Below are positions 51,910 to 64,000 of a stretch of DNA of 64,000 bases, piece by piece; the stretch's first letter is position 1; the number at the start of each line of letters is the position of its first letter. The DNA is from Takakia lepidozioides (lineage: Eukaryota > Plantae > Bryophyta), in NCBI GenBank assembly GCA_030704615.1, contig CM060731.1:78058001-78122000 (forward strand), in the 5' to 3' direction. The notes beneath the pieces were generated by a model. It did not search any database, was not told where the DNA came from, and saw only the letters and a list, made by a program, of their open reading frames with translations. A program made the translations under genes and the position numbers.

Positions 51910-54900
51910 TCATGAGAGCAGTTTCTCTACATTGTCCAACCCCCGCACGATATACTGGGCACACTGCATTCGCTGCCCAAGTGCAAACTTGAAAGTAAAC
52001 CAGTCCTTCGTGAAAAGTGTTCATCTCTCTGGCTTTGCAGTCTTGGAGACATTTGCTCTGACTTTTATCCACTCATAAAACACTTGAATGAATGACATGA
52101 CGTAAAAGCCACATTCTCAGCTGAATGGTTGATGGGGCACATGAGGCGCGTGGAACTGAAATGCTTGGACAATCTTATGCCACTCTGGTGAGTCCATCGA
52201 GTACCCTAAGCACTCAGCATGAATCTTCCGAATCCACCCTAGAACAAAGGGACATTTTATGCGAGTCCCTGATAGAGTTCAGGTGAGTGTAACAGCCTTG
52301 CGGAGGTCGATGATACAAACACTCCAGTGCCCCCTGCAATGGTATCAAACAACATGGCGTCATTGCACAATCATGATAGGCAGACTCAGTAGACTAACAC
52401 TCAGCAGACTCAGCACTCAGCAGACTCAATCTTCAAACCCAGTCCACTGCACAAATACAGAGGTCAACTTAATCGCTCAAGACGACACTGCGAAACCAGA
52501 CTATGACTCAGGAGACAGTCTCAGCAGACTCAGAAGAGTTCCTACTCGTCCCCAATTGGCACCAAAATGAAATCGCACTCTTTCAAGTCCTTGCCCAGTC
52601 GTTCAGTGCTGAGGCAACCTTTCAAGACTTGGTGAACGCAGCCTCAACCGACTTCTCATAGAATCGACACCACAGCTCCAGGAGTCTATCTGTGCACTCC
52701 GACTCAACCTTCTGGAGCGCCTTTATGTCATCCGGCGACAGTCCGCATTCAAACCGCGGGTCCCCTTAAAAAAACATCAGCATGGAATTACCCGCCTTCA
52801 CGTGCAGAGCATGTGCTTTGCCAAACCGAGCACCCATCCTGCACAGAGCAGACCATCCTTCGGGAAGCCTCATGTACTGAACAGACTGACGTCAACATGG
52901 TACCAAACACTCTACAGGCTGAATAATTCATCAGACTGACAAGACTAACCACAACAGACAATGATGAAACCAGCAGCAGACTGACCAGCGTGCAGACTGA
53001 CCACAACAGAGCGCAATGCACTTAACGACAAAGACAGACGAGGAGACTGAGCACAGTACTCACCTGTGCTGCTCCAGGATACGACCCACATCTTTGTCTA
53101 TGTCCAAGGCCAGCTTGCGGTTCTTGTTCATAAAGACGCCAGACTTTTTCTTCGCCGGTCTCTTGGTACTTAGACCCTCCTCGACCTCCTCAGCATGGTC
53201 CACGACAGTCCGCTTCTTGGCTTTGCCTCTCCCCTGGGAAGCAGGGACAACTGTAGGCGGGCTGGATAGAGTAGACAAACGCAGCGCTGCAGCCCTACTT
53301 CGCAACAGAGGCTGGTCAGCAGGTTTGTTTACACTTGCTGGACCTGTCTTTGCAGCTTCGTGGGTCGCATGCGTAGAATTGACCCGCGCATCGGGGGGCA
53401 TGCTCACCCCCACACCTTTCTTGGTTGTCGATCCCACGTTTGCAGCATGGGCGAAAGATGTCATGTCCTCAGAAGTAGACAGTCTGCCGACGGAGGGACG
53501 AACATCATGTGAGGATACCAAGCAAAATGACGAATTAGCCCAATTTTAGAATGTGCTAAAACATAAACAACAGTGCTGAAAGAGGAAATGGCACAACCTG
53601 CCCAAGGGGTGGGGGAGCAGACTCCATGTAATCTAGCGCTATACTAGACGGTGTCTGCGCCGCATGTGGTTCATTGTCAGTGTGTCTGCCAGCATGTTCA
53701 GTCTGTTGCTCAATGTGGGCAGTCTGCTTGGCCGCCGGTTCTTCGTCAGTCCTTTCGTCTGTGAACTGTGCAGTCTGCTGGCAACTCTACGGTTCAGTCT
53801 CTTCCTCAATGTGGGCAATGTGCTCGGTGGTAGGTTGGTCGTCAGTCCTTCCCTCTGTGAAGTGTGCAGTGTGCTGGTCAGGCCGTGCAGTCAGAGTTGA
53901 GCTGTGCAGTCTGCCGCTCCGAGCCATCTTGGTCAGTCCTTCCATCTGTGACATGTGCAGTCTGCTGGTTAGTCTGCGGTTCAGTCTGCTCATCAATGAA
54001 GACAGTATGCTGCCCCGCCACAAGTTGCTCGGCAGTCCTTCCATGTGTCCACTGTTCAGTGTGCTGGTCAGTCTGGTGGACAGCCGGCTGGGTGTTCGGA
54101 TCTCCAAGGACTTGGGAAACATCAAGAACATGTATGGAAGACCCACTGGCAATTGCTTTCTCAGACTCTTCTGTAAGATCTGTGATACGGTTTTGCTTTT
54201 CCAGATTGAGTTCGGTCATCACGTAAGGCTCATCTATGGCTTTCGCCACTGAGCGCATGAAAACGGGACTAAGCTGGAAGGTCATAGAAGGCAGGCCACG
54301 GGGAGCTGGATAAGAATGTTTTATCGGTGACCTGATGACGTTGTCAGTGAATGTGCCTGGGGGAAAAGTGGACTCGGTCAAAATACTCATACTGGCAGAT
54401 CCAAAACAGTGTTGTTGGGAACTCAGCATAAATTCGTCACAGGGTCCCGGTGAGGCCAGTGCATCCGAGTCTGTTGCACAATCCAGGGAACAGACTGGCT
54501 GTTAGTCTCCTGGATAGTCTGCTCGGCCATCTGCTGAGTGGGTTCACCAATGTGCTGCACAGTCTGCTGATGGGCAATCTGCTAGCTGGATTCGTCGGTC
54601 TGCTGCACGGTCTGCTTAGGGGTAATCTGTTGGCTGGATTCGTCGGTCTGCTGCACAGTCTGCTGAGGCACAATCTGCTGGCTGGATTCGTCAGTCTGCT
54701 GCACGGTCTACTGTACAGTCTGCTAAGGGGCAGTCTGGTGGCCATGTTCGTTGGTCGGCTGAGGGGCAGTCTGTTGGCCGGTCTGTTCTCCGGTCTGCTG
54801 CAAAGTCTGCAAAGTTCGCTGCCCGCTCAGTACTGTTTGCACATACTGAGTATGTGTGTGCGGGGCAGTCTGCTGCTGGGAGTGATCCGGCCTATTACCC

Positions 54901-57631
54901 GGGACGGTCTGGTGCACATGCTCGATCTCCAGCACTTGGGCAGTCTGCCCACATGTGTCGTGGGGAATATGTTGTTGGATATTCTTGTGGCCAGTCTGTT
55001 GGACAGTCTCCCGAACTCCTTGTAAAGCCAGGACAAGGTCCCTTGCACCTCTGGCAAAAGAGTCGAAAGCCAGCCTGCACTTGCTTGTCTCCTAGATCAA
55101 CTCGCCCGTGCAACACAATGTTTATGCAAATGTGAACTTCTAAAAAAGTTGGCAAAAGAAATTGAGCTGAAACACGAAAGTTGCCCATAACATTTTACCT
55201 TCCAAGATATTTCCGACGAGGACAATGTCCTTGATTTTCCGGCACAGGCATGCTCCATCGAGATGAGCAATGGCGCCGATGCGGTCTTCAATTGGGATCC
55301 CACACCACAGGACTTTGAAGACATTGGGATTCTGCAAAACAATGTCGAATACTGCTCGCTCCATCACCAATGCAAACCAGTGCAATGCGTCATCCACCAC
55401 AAACTTCTGTGAATGGTCTGTTCCATGGAGTAAGTCCATCCTCAAACTATGCAGATCCTTCATCAACTTGTTGTATGAGCGGGAATTGCCAAATTGCATC
55501 CATCTGTGTTGTAGGAAGGAAGCTGTCGTGCGCTCAAAGTCCTCCTCAGTCAATCCGAACAAGTGCTTTCTTCGCACCCCAAAGGTTGGAAGTGCCATAG
55601 GCATATGTCTGAGGTCTTCAGGCCGTGGGTCATCCATGAGAATCAGCTGCACAAGTAGAGGCGGCGCATTTTGGTCGCTTGTGGCTTCAATGGCAACAGC
55701 AGAGGTGGCTTCTAGAACATGGTTGGCTTCCTCAATAGAAAACTCCATGGAATAATGAAAGGGTACAAATGACCACCGGCGGTCCGCAACAATCCGGTGG
55801 AGCTCATTATGCCAATTCAAATGGGGATTAATTTCTCCTACCCTAAGCCGGGGAAGTGTGAGGTCTTCAGCTCCGGGTCGAATTACCGGTGATGGCGATC
55901 GCCAAACTGCAAAAAGCGTCGTGCTATGTGAGAGAAATGCAGTTTGCTGGTCCGTAGTCTGTTGGATGACAGGACTTCCCATTGGCATGGGCTGCATGAT
56001 AGGCTCCTGGAGAGGAGTCTGCAGGATGACAGGCTGCTCGTTGGGAGTTTGCTCCGTTGGAGTCTACTGGATGACAGGCTGCTGAACGGGAGTCTGCTGG
56101 ATGACGACATGTTGAATGGGAGTCTGCTGGATGGCAGACTCGGCTGTCCCAGACGCATTCCCCCCCGACGCGTCTTGAATATGTAATGCCGCTATAGCAG
56201 CAGATGACCCAGGATACTTCAATAATATGTACTCTCGCACGCGGTCCACTTCCGCACGCACTGCAGTCGCTTGTAAAGGAGCATCATTGTTAGGTATCCG
56301 CCAAGCCTGAATGGCCCTACGAATAGAAACACGTTCATCCTGGTACACAGCAGAGAACTTGGACGTTATGAACATGGACGTGGACTCTATATTCACCTCA
56401 TGCAGCGGACTGGACTTACAGACCAGCAGACTGTAACATGCGTACATAGGGTGGAGGCAACTAGTAGACTATACCAGTGGACTGGACCAGCGGACTGACA
56501 AACGGACTCAGTAAGTAATGCAGCGATATAAAACAGACTAACTGACGAGCGGACTGAGCCAGCGGACTGAGGAGAGAACGCACTGACTGACCAGATTGAA
56601 TAGGCAATATGACCCCGATGATGGACTCAAACAGCACAGAGAACAGACTGGGCGGTCAGACTGACCATTACCTCCTCTACTTCATCATCGTCATCTTCAT
56701 CTTCAAAGTTGTTCAACCAGTTCTGTTCCGCCTGTCGGATGAATGTGCGTAGCAGACCTGACTTGGGCAACTCTGTAGAAATAACGGAAGAAGTCTGGAT
56801 CCCCAATTGGTGGGCACTCTGGTGGGAAAAGCCCAAAGTCAACGAGGCGCAATGTGCCAGGGCAGACTGGCCCTTCAGTGCTCTGTTGAGTTTTTGGTTT
56901 TGACCCTAAACCGATGGCATGGGTCGCGATATTTGTGTGAGTCTGCTGCCGAGTCTGGTCAGGCAAGTCAATGTCCACTGGACTTGTCACCCCTTCCAGG
57001 CCCTGAGTAGATTCACTTTCAGTATCAGTACTGATGGTGTGGGTCTGCCGCCCAGGACGGGGTTCAGTCTGTTGCGTGGATTTTGCCCTTGCCTCGCGAG
57101 CAGACCTTGCAACCTTCTCCTTTTTTTGCCTTTTTTTTTTTTGGCCCCATCACTCAGTTTACGTTTTCTGGGAGCGTCCGGCGTTCCCTGCACTTGCAAA
57201 TCCTCCATTGATAGGCCACCAGAATGGACGCCATACCGTGCGCGCACTTCGTCTAATTCCAAAGTGCGGGGGTCAAGCACTGATCCGCGCAAGCACATTG
57301 TGGCCTCTTTGACAATCGACATTTCTTTCAGTATCGGCCAAGGCTTGAAATCCCGTGGAATCATTGCAACAGTCTCCTTGCAACCCGTGTCAACACAATG
57401 CCGATTTAGTTGGATTTTGTCCTTGATAACCTCTTCACAGAAGGGACAGAAGAGCTTGTCCTTCTGTCAATTCGAGTTTTTGGGCTTTTGGGCGCGGAGG
57501 TCTACAAATGCTTCCACTATTTTATGATCAAATTCGTCTGGTGAGTACCAGTACCTTCGCTCATTCTTCAGTCTGGTTTGGTGCACAAAATCCACCCAGT
57601 CCACTCCACCTTTTTCACAAGCATCATCCAT
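51910..57631 (-). pseudogene. MULE accessory gene(s): N-terminal Cys/His finger, basic NLS-like tract, unknown domain, Q/T-rich repeats, C-terminal Ulp1-like (C48) protease
   Basis: CPFC..LNRHC..C and PRKRKL..KKKKGKK near 57.1-57.5 kb; KDLKECDFILVPI / GHWSVCIIDL (~52.3-52.6 kb); VPHQPFS*ECGFYVMSFI (~52.1 kb); several stops and frameshifts. May be more than one gene. Confidence 0.8.
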
Positions 57632-60173
57632 CGCTGCAGAATGAAACGAAGGTGCAAGGATAATGAGCGACAGATAGAAGTCCTATGAAAAAACTCACCC
57701 TAAGCAAGAAGAGGACACAGAATGGAATGGAAACACCGCAACAAGTGAGAACCTCACCGAGCCGATGAACTTCGAGTTGTTACGAAGGCGAACGTGTTTG
57801 CGACGCTTCGCGGCTCACCGCGACTCTCCACACCTGGGGAAGAACGGTCGTCTTTCGTTACGGTGATGGAAACGCAAAGAGAAAACAAAATAGTGCAAAA
57901 CAGTGCGAAGAAACAGGCGCGAAGAGAATGGAGTCGATTGCACAGGGAACATGAAAAGAAAGTAGAAGTAGAAGGGGGAAAGCGGGCATGGCACTGCCAA
58001 CGTGGCGCGATTTCACAGGCGCCAACTATCCGCCGTCATCGCATTGAATACGTCCACCGAACGAACGCATCATACTAAATTCATCCACGGTCCTCGCAAG
58101 TGCAGCAGACTCATTTCCCATCGGGCCGAGAGTCCACCGGACCGCCAGTCCAGCGGACTATTCGCTTTGCTGAGGCGAAGCGGCTTCATATTGGAGGCAC
58201 TTCCCTGCCAGCGGAATGAAGACAAAAGAGAGTAAGGGGAGAACAGGAAAGTCGAACACACCCATTGCGAACAGACTCGCGGCACAACAGACTGATGCAT
58301 GCACAGTCCAACAGACTGATATCCATAGAGGAGAACTGTCCAGCAGACGGACGTTTCGTCAGACTGGCGGGAGAACAAGCCAAAAGACTGACCGGAGGGA
58401 AAATAAGAAGTCAAATAAACTTAGTGCAACAGACTTCCGATACAACAGACTGACAAATTCACAAGTGCGACAGACTGCTATCCCAACAGACGGACTTCCA
58501 GCAGACCGCCTCCAAACTGACTGTTATGCACGCGATAAGGGGAATATCCGGAGCACTGACGGGCCAGCGGACCTACTGTGAACAGACTCGCGACACAACG
58601 GACCTCAAACATTCATGCGCATTTGCAGATGTAATTGTCTCAGCCTGGTCCGTCTCCTGGCAAATGCGACAATGTATCGATTCTGTACCTACTCCCGTCG
58701 TGGCTCATACATCTGCATTCAGTAGGTACGTGTGGATGTTTGAGGACCTTACGACTGGATGGTGTTCCGTGACGACTTGAATTGCTTTTTTGTGCTGTCA
58801 TCCCTTATATAATACCATGTGGATCCATCACAAAGCTGGGTTTCTTCAGATTCTCCACCCTTTTCCACAACTTATGCACGACGGATGCAAGCTGCTATAC
58901 TTGGTCACATAAACAGTTCCATCGTCCGATACGAAATCTGCAATACACGCCCCCATGTGCATACGCTTCCACCATTTTCGCGCCCATGTTACCCATGGGT
59001 TCCTTTAACAAACTAAACTTGTGAAGGCTCTCATGAGGGATGCAGTACGAAGGGGCTAAACGTATCATGATGGATCACAAGCAGAGGACGTTATCGACGA
59101 CAGATGTCCGCATTTTCCATATTTATGACATAGAACCAAACCATAAAACGAAGGTTCCCGAAAGTACAACAAGAAGGCAAAAATAGTGGAAGCATATGCA
59201 CGATGGTGGCTGTAGTGCCGAGACAGTCCTCTCATGTTCAAGCACACGTTTCATCATCATCATGAACATCGCTCGCAAAAGAGGAACAGTCGCGTGCATG
59301 GAAACGCCTACCGCAACATCGGACAACAAACAGCCGTTAAAAGAGAGCGACCGAGATTTGGTGGGAAGATCATTGCCATTTTCGCAGCCCTAAAAATGGA
59401 GGGCTCGGATGGGTTATGGGAATGGCGATCCTGCGCCGTCGGCGGACTGGATGGCAGGGGACTGGCCAGCAGACTAGCGGGCAGACTGGCGGACTGGAGA
59501 CTGGAGGGCAGCGGACTCATGGGCGGGGGACTGGCCGCGCGGCGGACGGGGGCGCGGGCGCAGTTGCTGCAGCCGCGCCCGCGGCTGGGCAACCGCGCGC
59601 AGCGGCGGGCGGGGTGCTGGGGAGCCGGGCGTCCGTGCGCGGGGCCCACCGCCCACATCGCACGTGCCCATTGAAGACCCTATTATCTTAAAATGAGAGG
59701 CCATTTTTTTCCTCCCATAAAACACAAAACTAAACATAGTGACATATAATCTTCATTACTGTTTACAAGCTTTGTGAGCCAAGTTACTTGGTAATTTTAT
59801 TTGTATTTCCAAGAGCCTTGCAAACATTGATACTTCTTATCTATTGACATGTAGCATTAGGCAGGGTCTTTTTGGGCCAGGGTTCAAATATGCCACTTAG
59901 TGTAGATTGACTGAAATGCAATATAAGCCAATTTAAGGTTTTCTACTTATGAATGTTGGTTTAAATTTTTTTGGTGGTGTTTGGCATAATTCCTGCCTAG
60001 TCTCCAATGATGCCTAAACCCTCCAATTTGCTACGTCAATTCTGGGTTATTCGCCTCATGAAGTCTACTATGTTTTAGGTTCATTCGCCCAACACCCATT
60101 CAAAATCTCATATTATCGCCAGCCATTTCCACTACGCATTTTGTACAAGCGCCAGACATGCTCCTCTAAGGTT

Positions 60174-60464
60174 CTAATGGATGCCACTTGTGCTACAATG
60201 TAAATACCTTAAAATAAACGCTGCTGGAGAGTGGTCTCCCACACCGTAGATGGGAATTATGCTGTCGGAGCTTCCAATATAATTCCTGCAGACTGGGCAC
60301 ATGTTGTTGTGCTGGTCTGGTAAACCGGTACGACCATGGAGCCATTCGTGGATACAGGGCCAGCAAAAGATGTGGCCACACTTGGTAAGGATAGGGCCGT
60401 TTGGAGCTTCGAGGCAGATGTTGCAGTCGAAATAGGCACTGGCCCTGGCTGTATTGCTGCTCAT
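60174..60464 (-). CDS. Short C3HC4 RING ORF, RMA/RNF5-like; possibly truncated
   Basis: FDCNICLE..PILTKCGHIFCWPCIHEWL..CPVCR..IIPIYG. Confidence 0.75.
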   Translation of the reverse strand: MSSNTARASAYFDCNICLEAPNGPILTKCGHIFCWPCIHEWLHGRTGLPDQHNNMCPVCRNYIGSSDSIIPIYGVGDHSPAAFILRYLHCSTSGIH

Positions 60465-61537
60465 GGCTGAGGCTGCATGCAAGTGGTCATCAGGTTGTCA
60501 GAAATGAGGCTGTCAGCAATGGAATTCTAGTAGATGTCATTCGAAAATACCAACAGTGGTGGGTAAGCATAAGAGATGAGAGGAAAGACAACCTCGTGAG
60601 ACTGCAGTTTAAAGAAGCCCTTACTGAACAGGAAAATCCTTGAAATCGTATCTAGAGTAAAGAAACAAGGGAACCTTAAGAAGGAATGGATTAAAAAAAC
60701 AGAAAGAGGAAAAACTATGTAGCTTCGGGTACCTGAAGTCTTGGAGCAGCCTTTGTGCAGACTCTTAGCGTGACATACCCACATAATCCTCAGACTCTCA
60801 TTTGCATTCCATAACGAGAGGCTGCGTATAATAGAGTAGTGAGCATATGCTCTTTATAAGGAGTGTCATCAAACATCTCCGGAGGGGAGGATCGTTCTCA
60901 ACGAGGAAATGTATGTAAGTAAAGGAATGTCATCATCAAACATCTCGGGAGTCGGGAGGGGAGGATCGATCTTAGCGAGGCAAGTAAATAAGGAAAATTT
61001 TCTGACAATCAAATTTCTTACGAAAATAAAAAACAAAACAAATCTGATAATCCTAATGTCAAATTATAATCCTAGACAGATGACAAAATCAATAGGAAAT
61101 TTTCTTTTTCAGGGAAAAAAAAATAAAAAATAAAAATAAAAATTGACATTATTACCTATAACACAATTTCCAACAAAAAAATGTCAAATAACCATTGGTG
61201 TCTTGCTACTTGTACAAGGGAATTATGGGGGTAAAATCGTAAAATCCACAAATTTCGCCAAAAAGCCCCAGTATTGAATATCAGGAGCCTGATATTGCTA
61301 ACGTGGACCTGTTAAGACGTGGCACCTGGTATGTAGCCACTTTTCTAACCCTGCCACCTCGTTATTCTCGCCACATGGAGGATAGAATTGACACGTGGAC
61401 CCGCCTGCGATCAAGCCCCCTGAATCTGGCGAAAGTACATACCGGATGCGTGCATTTAGTTCTTGCATTATTCTTATTGTTTTCCCCTATTACTTATTAT
61501 TAATAATTTTGTCATATGCACACGTGCTTGAAACTTG

Positions 61538-61578
61538 AAACCCTAAACTATACTGGACTCACAAACTGGAAACCCTAA
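61538..61578 (+). promoter_or_regulatory. Two telo-boxes (AAACCCTAA) upstream of the RPL37a-derived first exon
   Basis: Exact matches at 61538-61546 and 61570-61578; characteristic of plant ribosomal-protein promoters. Confidence 0.75.
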
Positions 61579-61672
61579 GAAGTGTCGAGAGTGCAGGAGC
61601 GTGGAGCCTATCGCAAGCAAGGGCTGCATCTCCGCACCAATCTCTCCAAGCGAGCTTCCCAGACGTGTAGCC

Positions 61673-63377
61673 ATGGTAAGCGTTAGACCTGCCATGCTGT
61701 GCATGCTTTTTTACGTTTTCTTCGTGCTCCCTTTCCTTTTGAAAACGAATTGTTGTTGTGGTGCCCTTGGTATATCACTTTGCAAGGACCCTACCTCTCT
61801 TGAACCCCCGTTCCCATCACAGAGCGCATTCCATCGTTGTTTTACTCCTAAGTTGTCAAGGAGGACACCCCGATGCGGTCTCAATATAACTAGGGTTCAG
61901 GTCGAGCTAGCCTGACAATCGGGAGTGTTGTTGAGGTCTAGAAGCTTTCTTGTATGCAGGCGATGCTTTCCCCTTATAGTTTCGTATGTGCATTATGGTG
62001 TGGATTTGAGAACGAAACTCTCTTGGAATTCCTGGTTTCCGGATTTGTCAATTAGGGCGCCAGGTTTTACTTTTTGCCCTTTTGCGTTTGGCAGACGAAG
62101 CGAACGAAGAAGGCTGGAATGGTTGGAAAATACGGTACGGTCATGAATCTCTCTTCTTGCTTTTCTCTTGTACCCCACAGAAGGCGATCGATGGTTTGCT
62201 TAGTAAATCCAGGGAAAAGAGGCTTCATAGGAAGGCTTTCTGTTATTACAATTCCGTTGGCGATGATTTGTTGGCCCGGGTGGGTGAATGTTTCTCAGGG
62301 TAAAATGTTTTATATGCTGACTTCTCTGAGGGATGTAGAAGGATGCTTTATCGGAGTTTGTCACAGGAAACTGAGGACAAGGCTGCCATGTTGGGATGAT
62401 TTGTTTGGGGAGCAGGCACAAAATACGGTGCCGAAATAAGGTAGCAGATCAAGAAGATGAAAGTTAAGCCAACTCTCTAAGTACTTCTGCGAATTTTGCA
62501 GGAAGGTATGCTAGATTTCTACCACCTAACCTTCCTGCCAGTCTTGTCTCCATATCTTTATCTCTGGCACTACATCTGTAATTCCTGAGGGGTTGACCCA
62601 CTCTATGGGTAGTGAGGGTTCTTACAGGATTAAAGCAGGTAGTACAATCATAGAATGTAGCTCTGCCCAGTGTTTGAAGATTAAGAGTTTCAAGTTCTCT
62701 GAGAGGAGCTAGATATAGTTTGGTTTCTGCAGTCTAATGCAAGGTGATAGTGCTTGATTTGGCCCCACAATCGTGTACTGTGAGCGCAGCTTACTCTCAA
62801 GAAGCGTGCTTGATGGTGAAGTCGAGAATCCTTCTTGGACATATGCTGTGTGAGAACCTAACCTGACTAAGCCAGCTAATCATGCACGGTATGGATAGCT
62901 CCCAGCAACCTTTTGCTAATCCTGTGATTGAGGGCTCAGGGCACTGAGTTGAGCACAAGGGTTTCATTATCTAGTCAAAAATGGGCGTGGCCTGAAGGGT
63001 GTGTTCCATCTGTGCCTTGTCTGCAGTTAGCTGTAAATAGAAAGGGAGTTGTTACAAAGACTCTGACAAGTTGAAAGCAGGTGGGGCCAACCTCTGAAGT
63101 ACGTAGAAATGTTTCAGCTTACTTTGTGGTACTCCCTTTTTTCCCATGGGAGTTAATTTAGAGTTCAACCTTTTCGCTGTCCCAATGTGCTATGGATGTT
63201 TCTGGGCAGCTTTACACTGAACAATATTGAGATGAGATATGTGAATACAATTGAGTTATACAACTGGTATGGGTCTGATATTTCATATCATTTTTGGTTG
63301 GGATGTTCCTCTTTCTTTGTGTGTTCAGCACTGCAAGTGCACCCACAATGTGCAGTACAATACGGCAAATGAGAAGG
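61673..63377 (+). pseudogene. RPL37a: 60S ribosomal protein L37a (eL43) pseudogene with intact exon-intron skeleton
   Basis: ATG|GT at 61673; 62095-62134 TKRTKKAGMVGKY; 62416-62505 GTKYGAEIR*QIKKMKV(+1)SQLSKYFCEFCRK; 63027-63098 LAVNRKGV..KDSDKLKAGGA; 63329- TASAPTMCSTIRQMR. Confidence 0.9.
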
Positions 63378-63938
63378 GTTTTGCAGCAACAGGGAGCGCA
63401 GTTGCAGACATTGCATTCGCCTCCTTCCACACGCCTGGGCTCTTTCCCGGTTGACCTAATCACCTCAGATGTGAGGTTGAGGCAACCAATATCATTGTCG
63501 TCAGCACCCGAGGACTGGCTGTTTTTGCAAGACCGGCAGCCATGCTTGCTATATTCTTTTGGATTGGCACCATCAAAAGCATGGAATTACGCTGCAGTGA
63601 GGGGTTATTACATGCGGAACATCTCACAGCTCATTGCACCTGCAAATGGCAAAAGGGCCTTCCTTGTGGATACCCTAGCTCTGGTACTTTTTCGTCCTTA
63701 CTGTTCCTGCCTTATTGCACAAAACTGTGGTTTCTAGAGGGTGGAGAAGCTTAGCATGAGTTGAAGGTGGACATGCGGGGGACTGACCAGAACCTTCTAT
63801 TGACAGGTTCGACGGCTAGAAGCTCAGGGCTTGACACCGAAGCAGGCAGAAGCCATCACTGCAGTCATAACTGAGGTTCTTAATGATAGTCTGGAGAATG
63901 TGGCTCAGTCTTTTACTTCCAAGACAGAGATGCAGAGG
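63369..63938 (+). CDS. FMP32/CCDC90/MCUR1-family (DUF1640) mitochondrial protein, first two coding exons; continues beyond the window
   Basis: 63369-63683 presequence-like region ending GKRAFLVDTLAL, GT-AG intron, 63807-63938 VRRLEAQGLTPKQAEAITAVITEVLNDSLENVAQSFTSKTEMQR. Alternative start at 63348. Confidence 0.85.
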
Positions 63939-64000
63939 GTATGTTGCTTATCCTTGAGTACATAATTTTTGTTGAGAGTGTGTGTGGGTTATTTGAGATT

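Larger units (their letters stand above)
47113..59701. mobile_element. Mutator-like element (MULE), 12.6 kb, with transposase and Ulp1-like protease genes
   Basis: Long GC-rich TIRs 47113-47452 and 59384-59701; perfect 9-bp TSD cattttttt at 47104-47112 and 59702-59710. Confidence 0.96.

Noticed and set aside
54450-55025. Leu-rich plus-strand ORFs resembling membrane or LRR proteins
   Set aside because: They are the antisense reading of the CAG-rich Q/T repeats.

Overview
Eukaryotic nuclear DNA from a land plant, probably a non-seed lineage (inferred from gene content, not proven). Intact spliced host genes: a plastid alpha/beta-hydrolase, a plastid LRR-plus-hydrolase fusion, a divergent IGPS-like TIM barrel, RPA2, cytosolic pyruvate kinase, and the 5' part of an FMP32/CCDC90 (DUF1640) gene. 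There are also two F-box/kelch pseudogenes and a RING-only ORF. Two large decayed transposons dominate the window. (1) A 12-kb Ty3/gypsy retrotransposon (14022-26098) whose polyprotein runs gag-PR-[DNMT3-like C5 DNA methyltransferase]-RT-RH-INT-[PHD finger]. Its LTR is circularly permuted (B...PPT-A-gc-B-t-A, ends TGTC...GACA, apparent 4-bp TSD), as if a 2-LTR circle had been integrated through an internal palindromic GACA-GC-TGTC site. It has no tRNA PBS but a self-complementary one. This is the strongest candidate for an undescribed system. (2) A 12.6-kb Mutator-like element (47113-59701, 9-bp TSD) with a SWIM-type transposase and a convergent Ulp1-like protease gene, saturated with an AGTCTG/AGTCCG motif. 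A third oddity is a dead RPL37a gene that appears to supply the promoter, 5' UTR and start codon of the FMP32-like gene; a rearranged copy of this chimera lies about 60 kb away, upstream of the first F-box gene. All calls come from manual reading; no searches were run.
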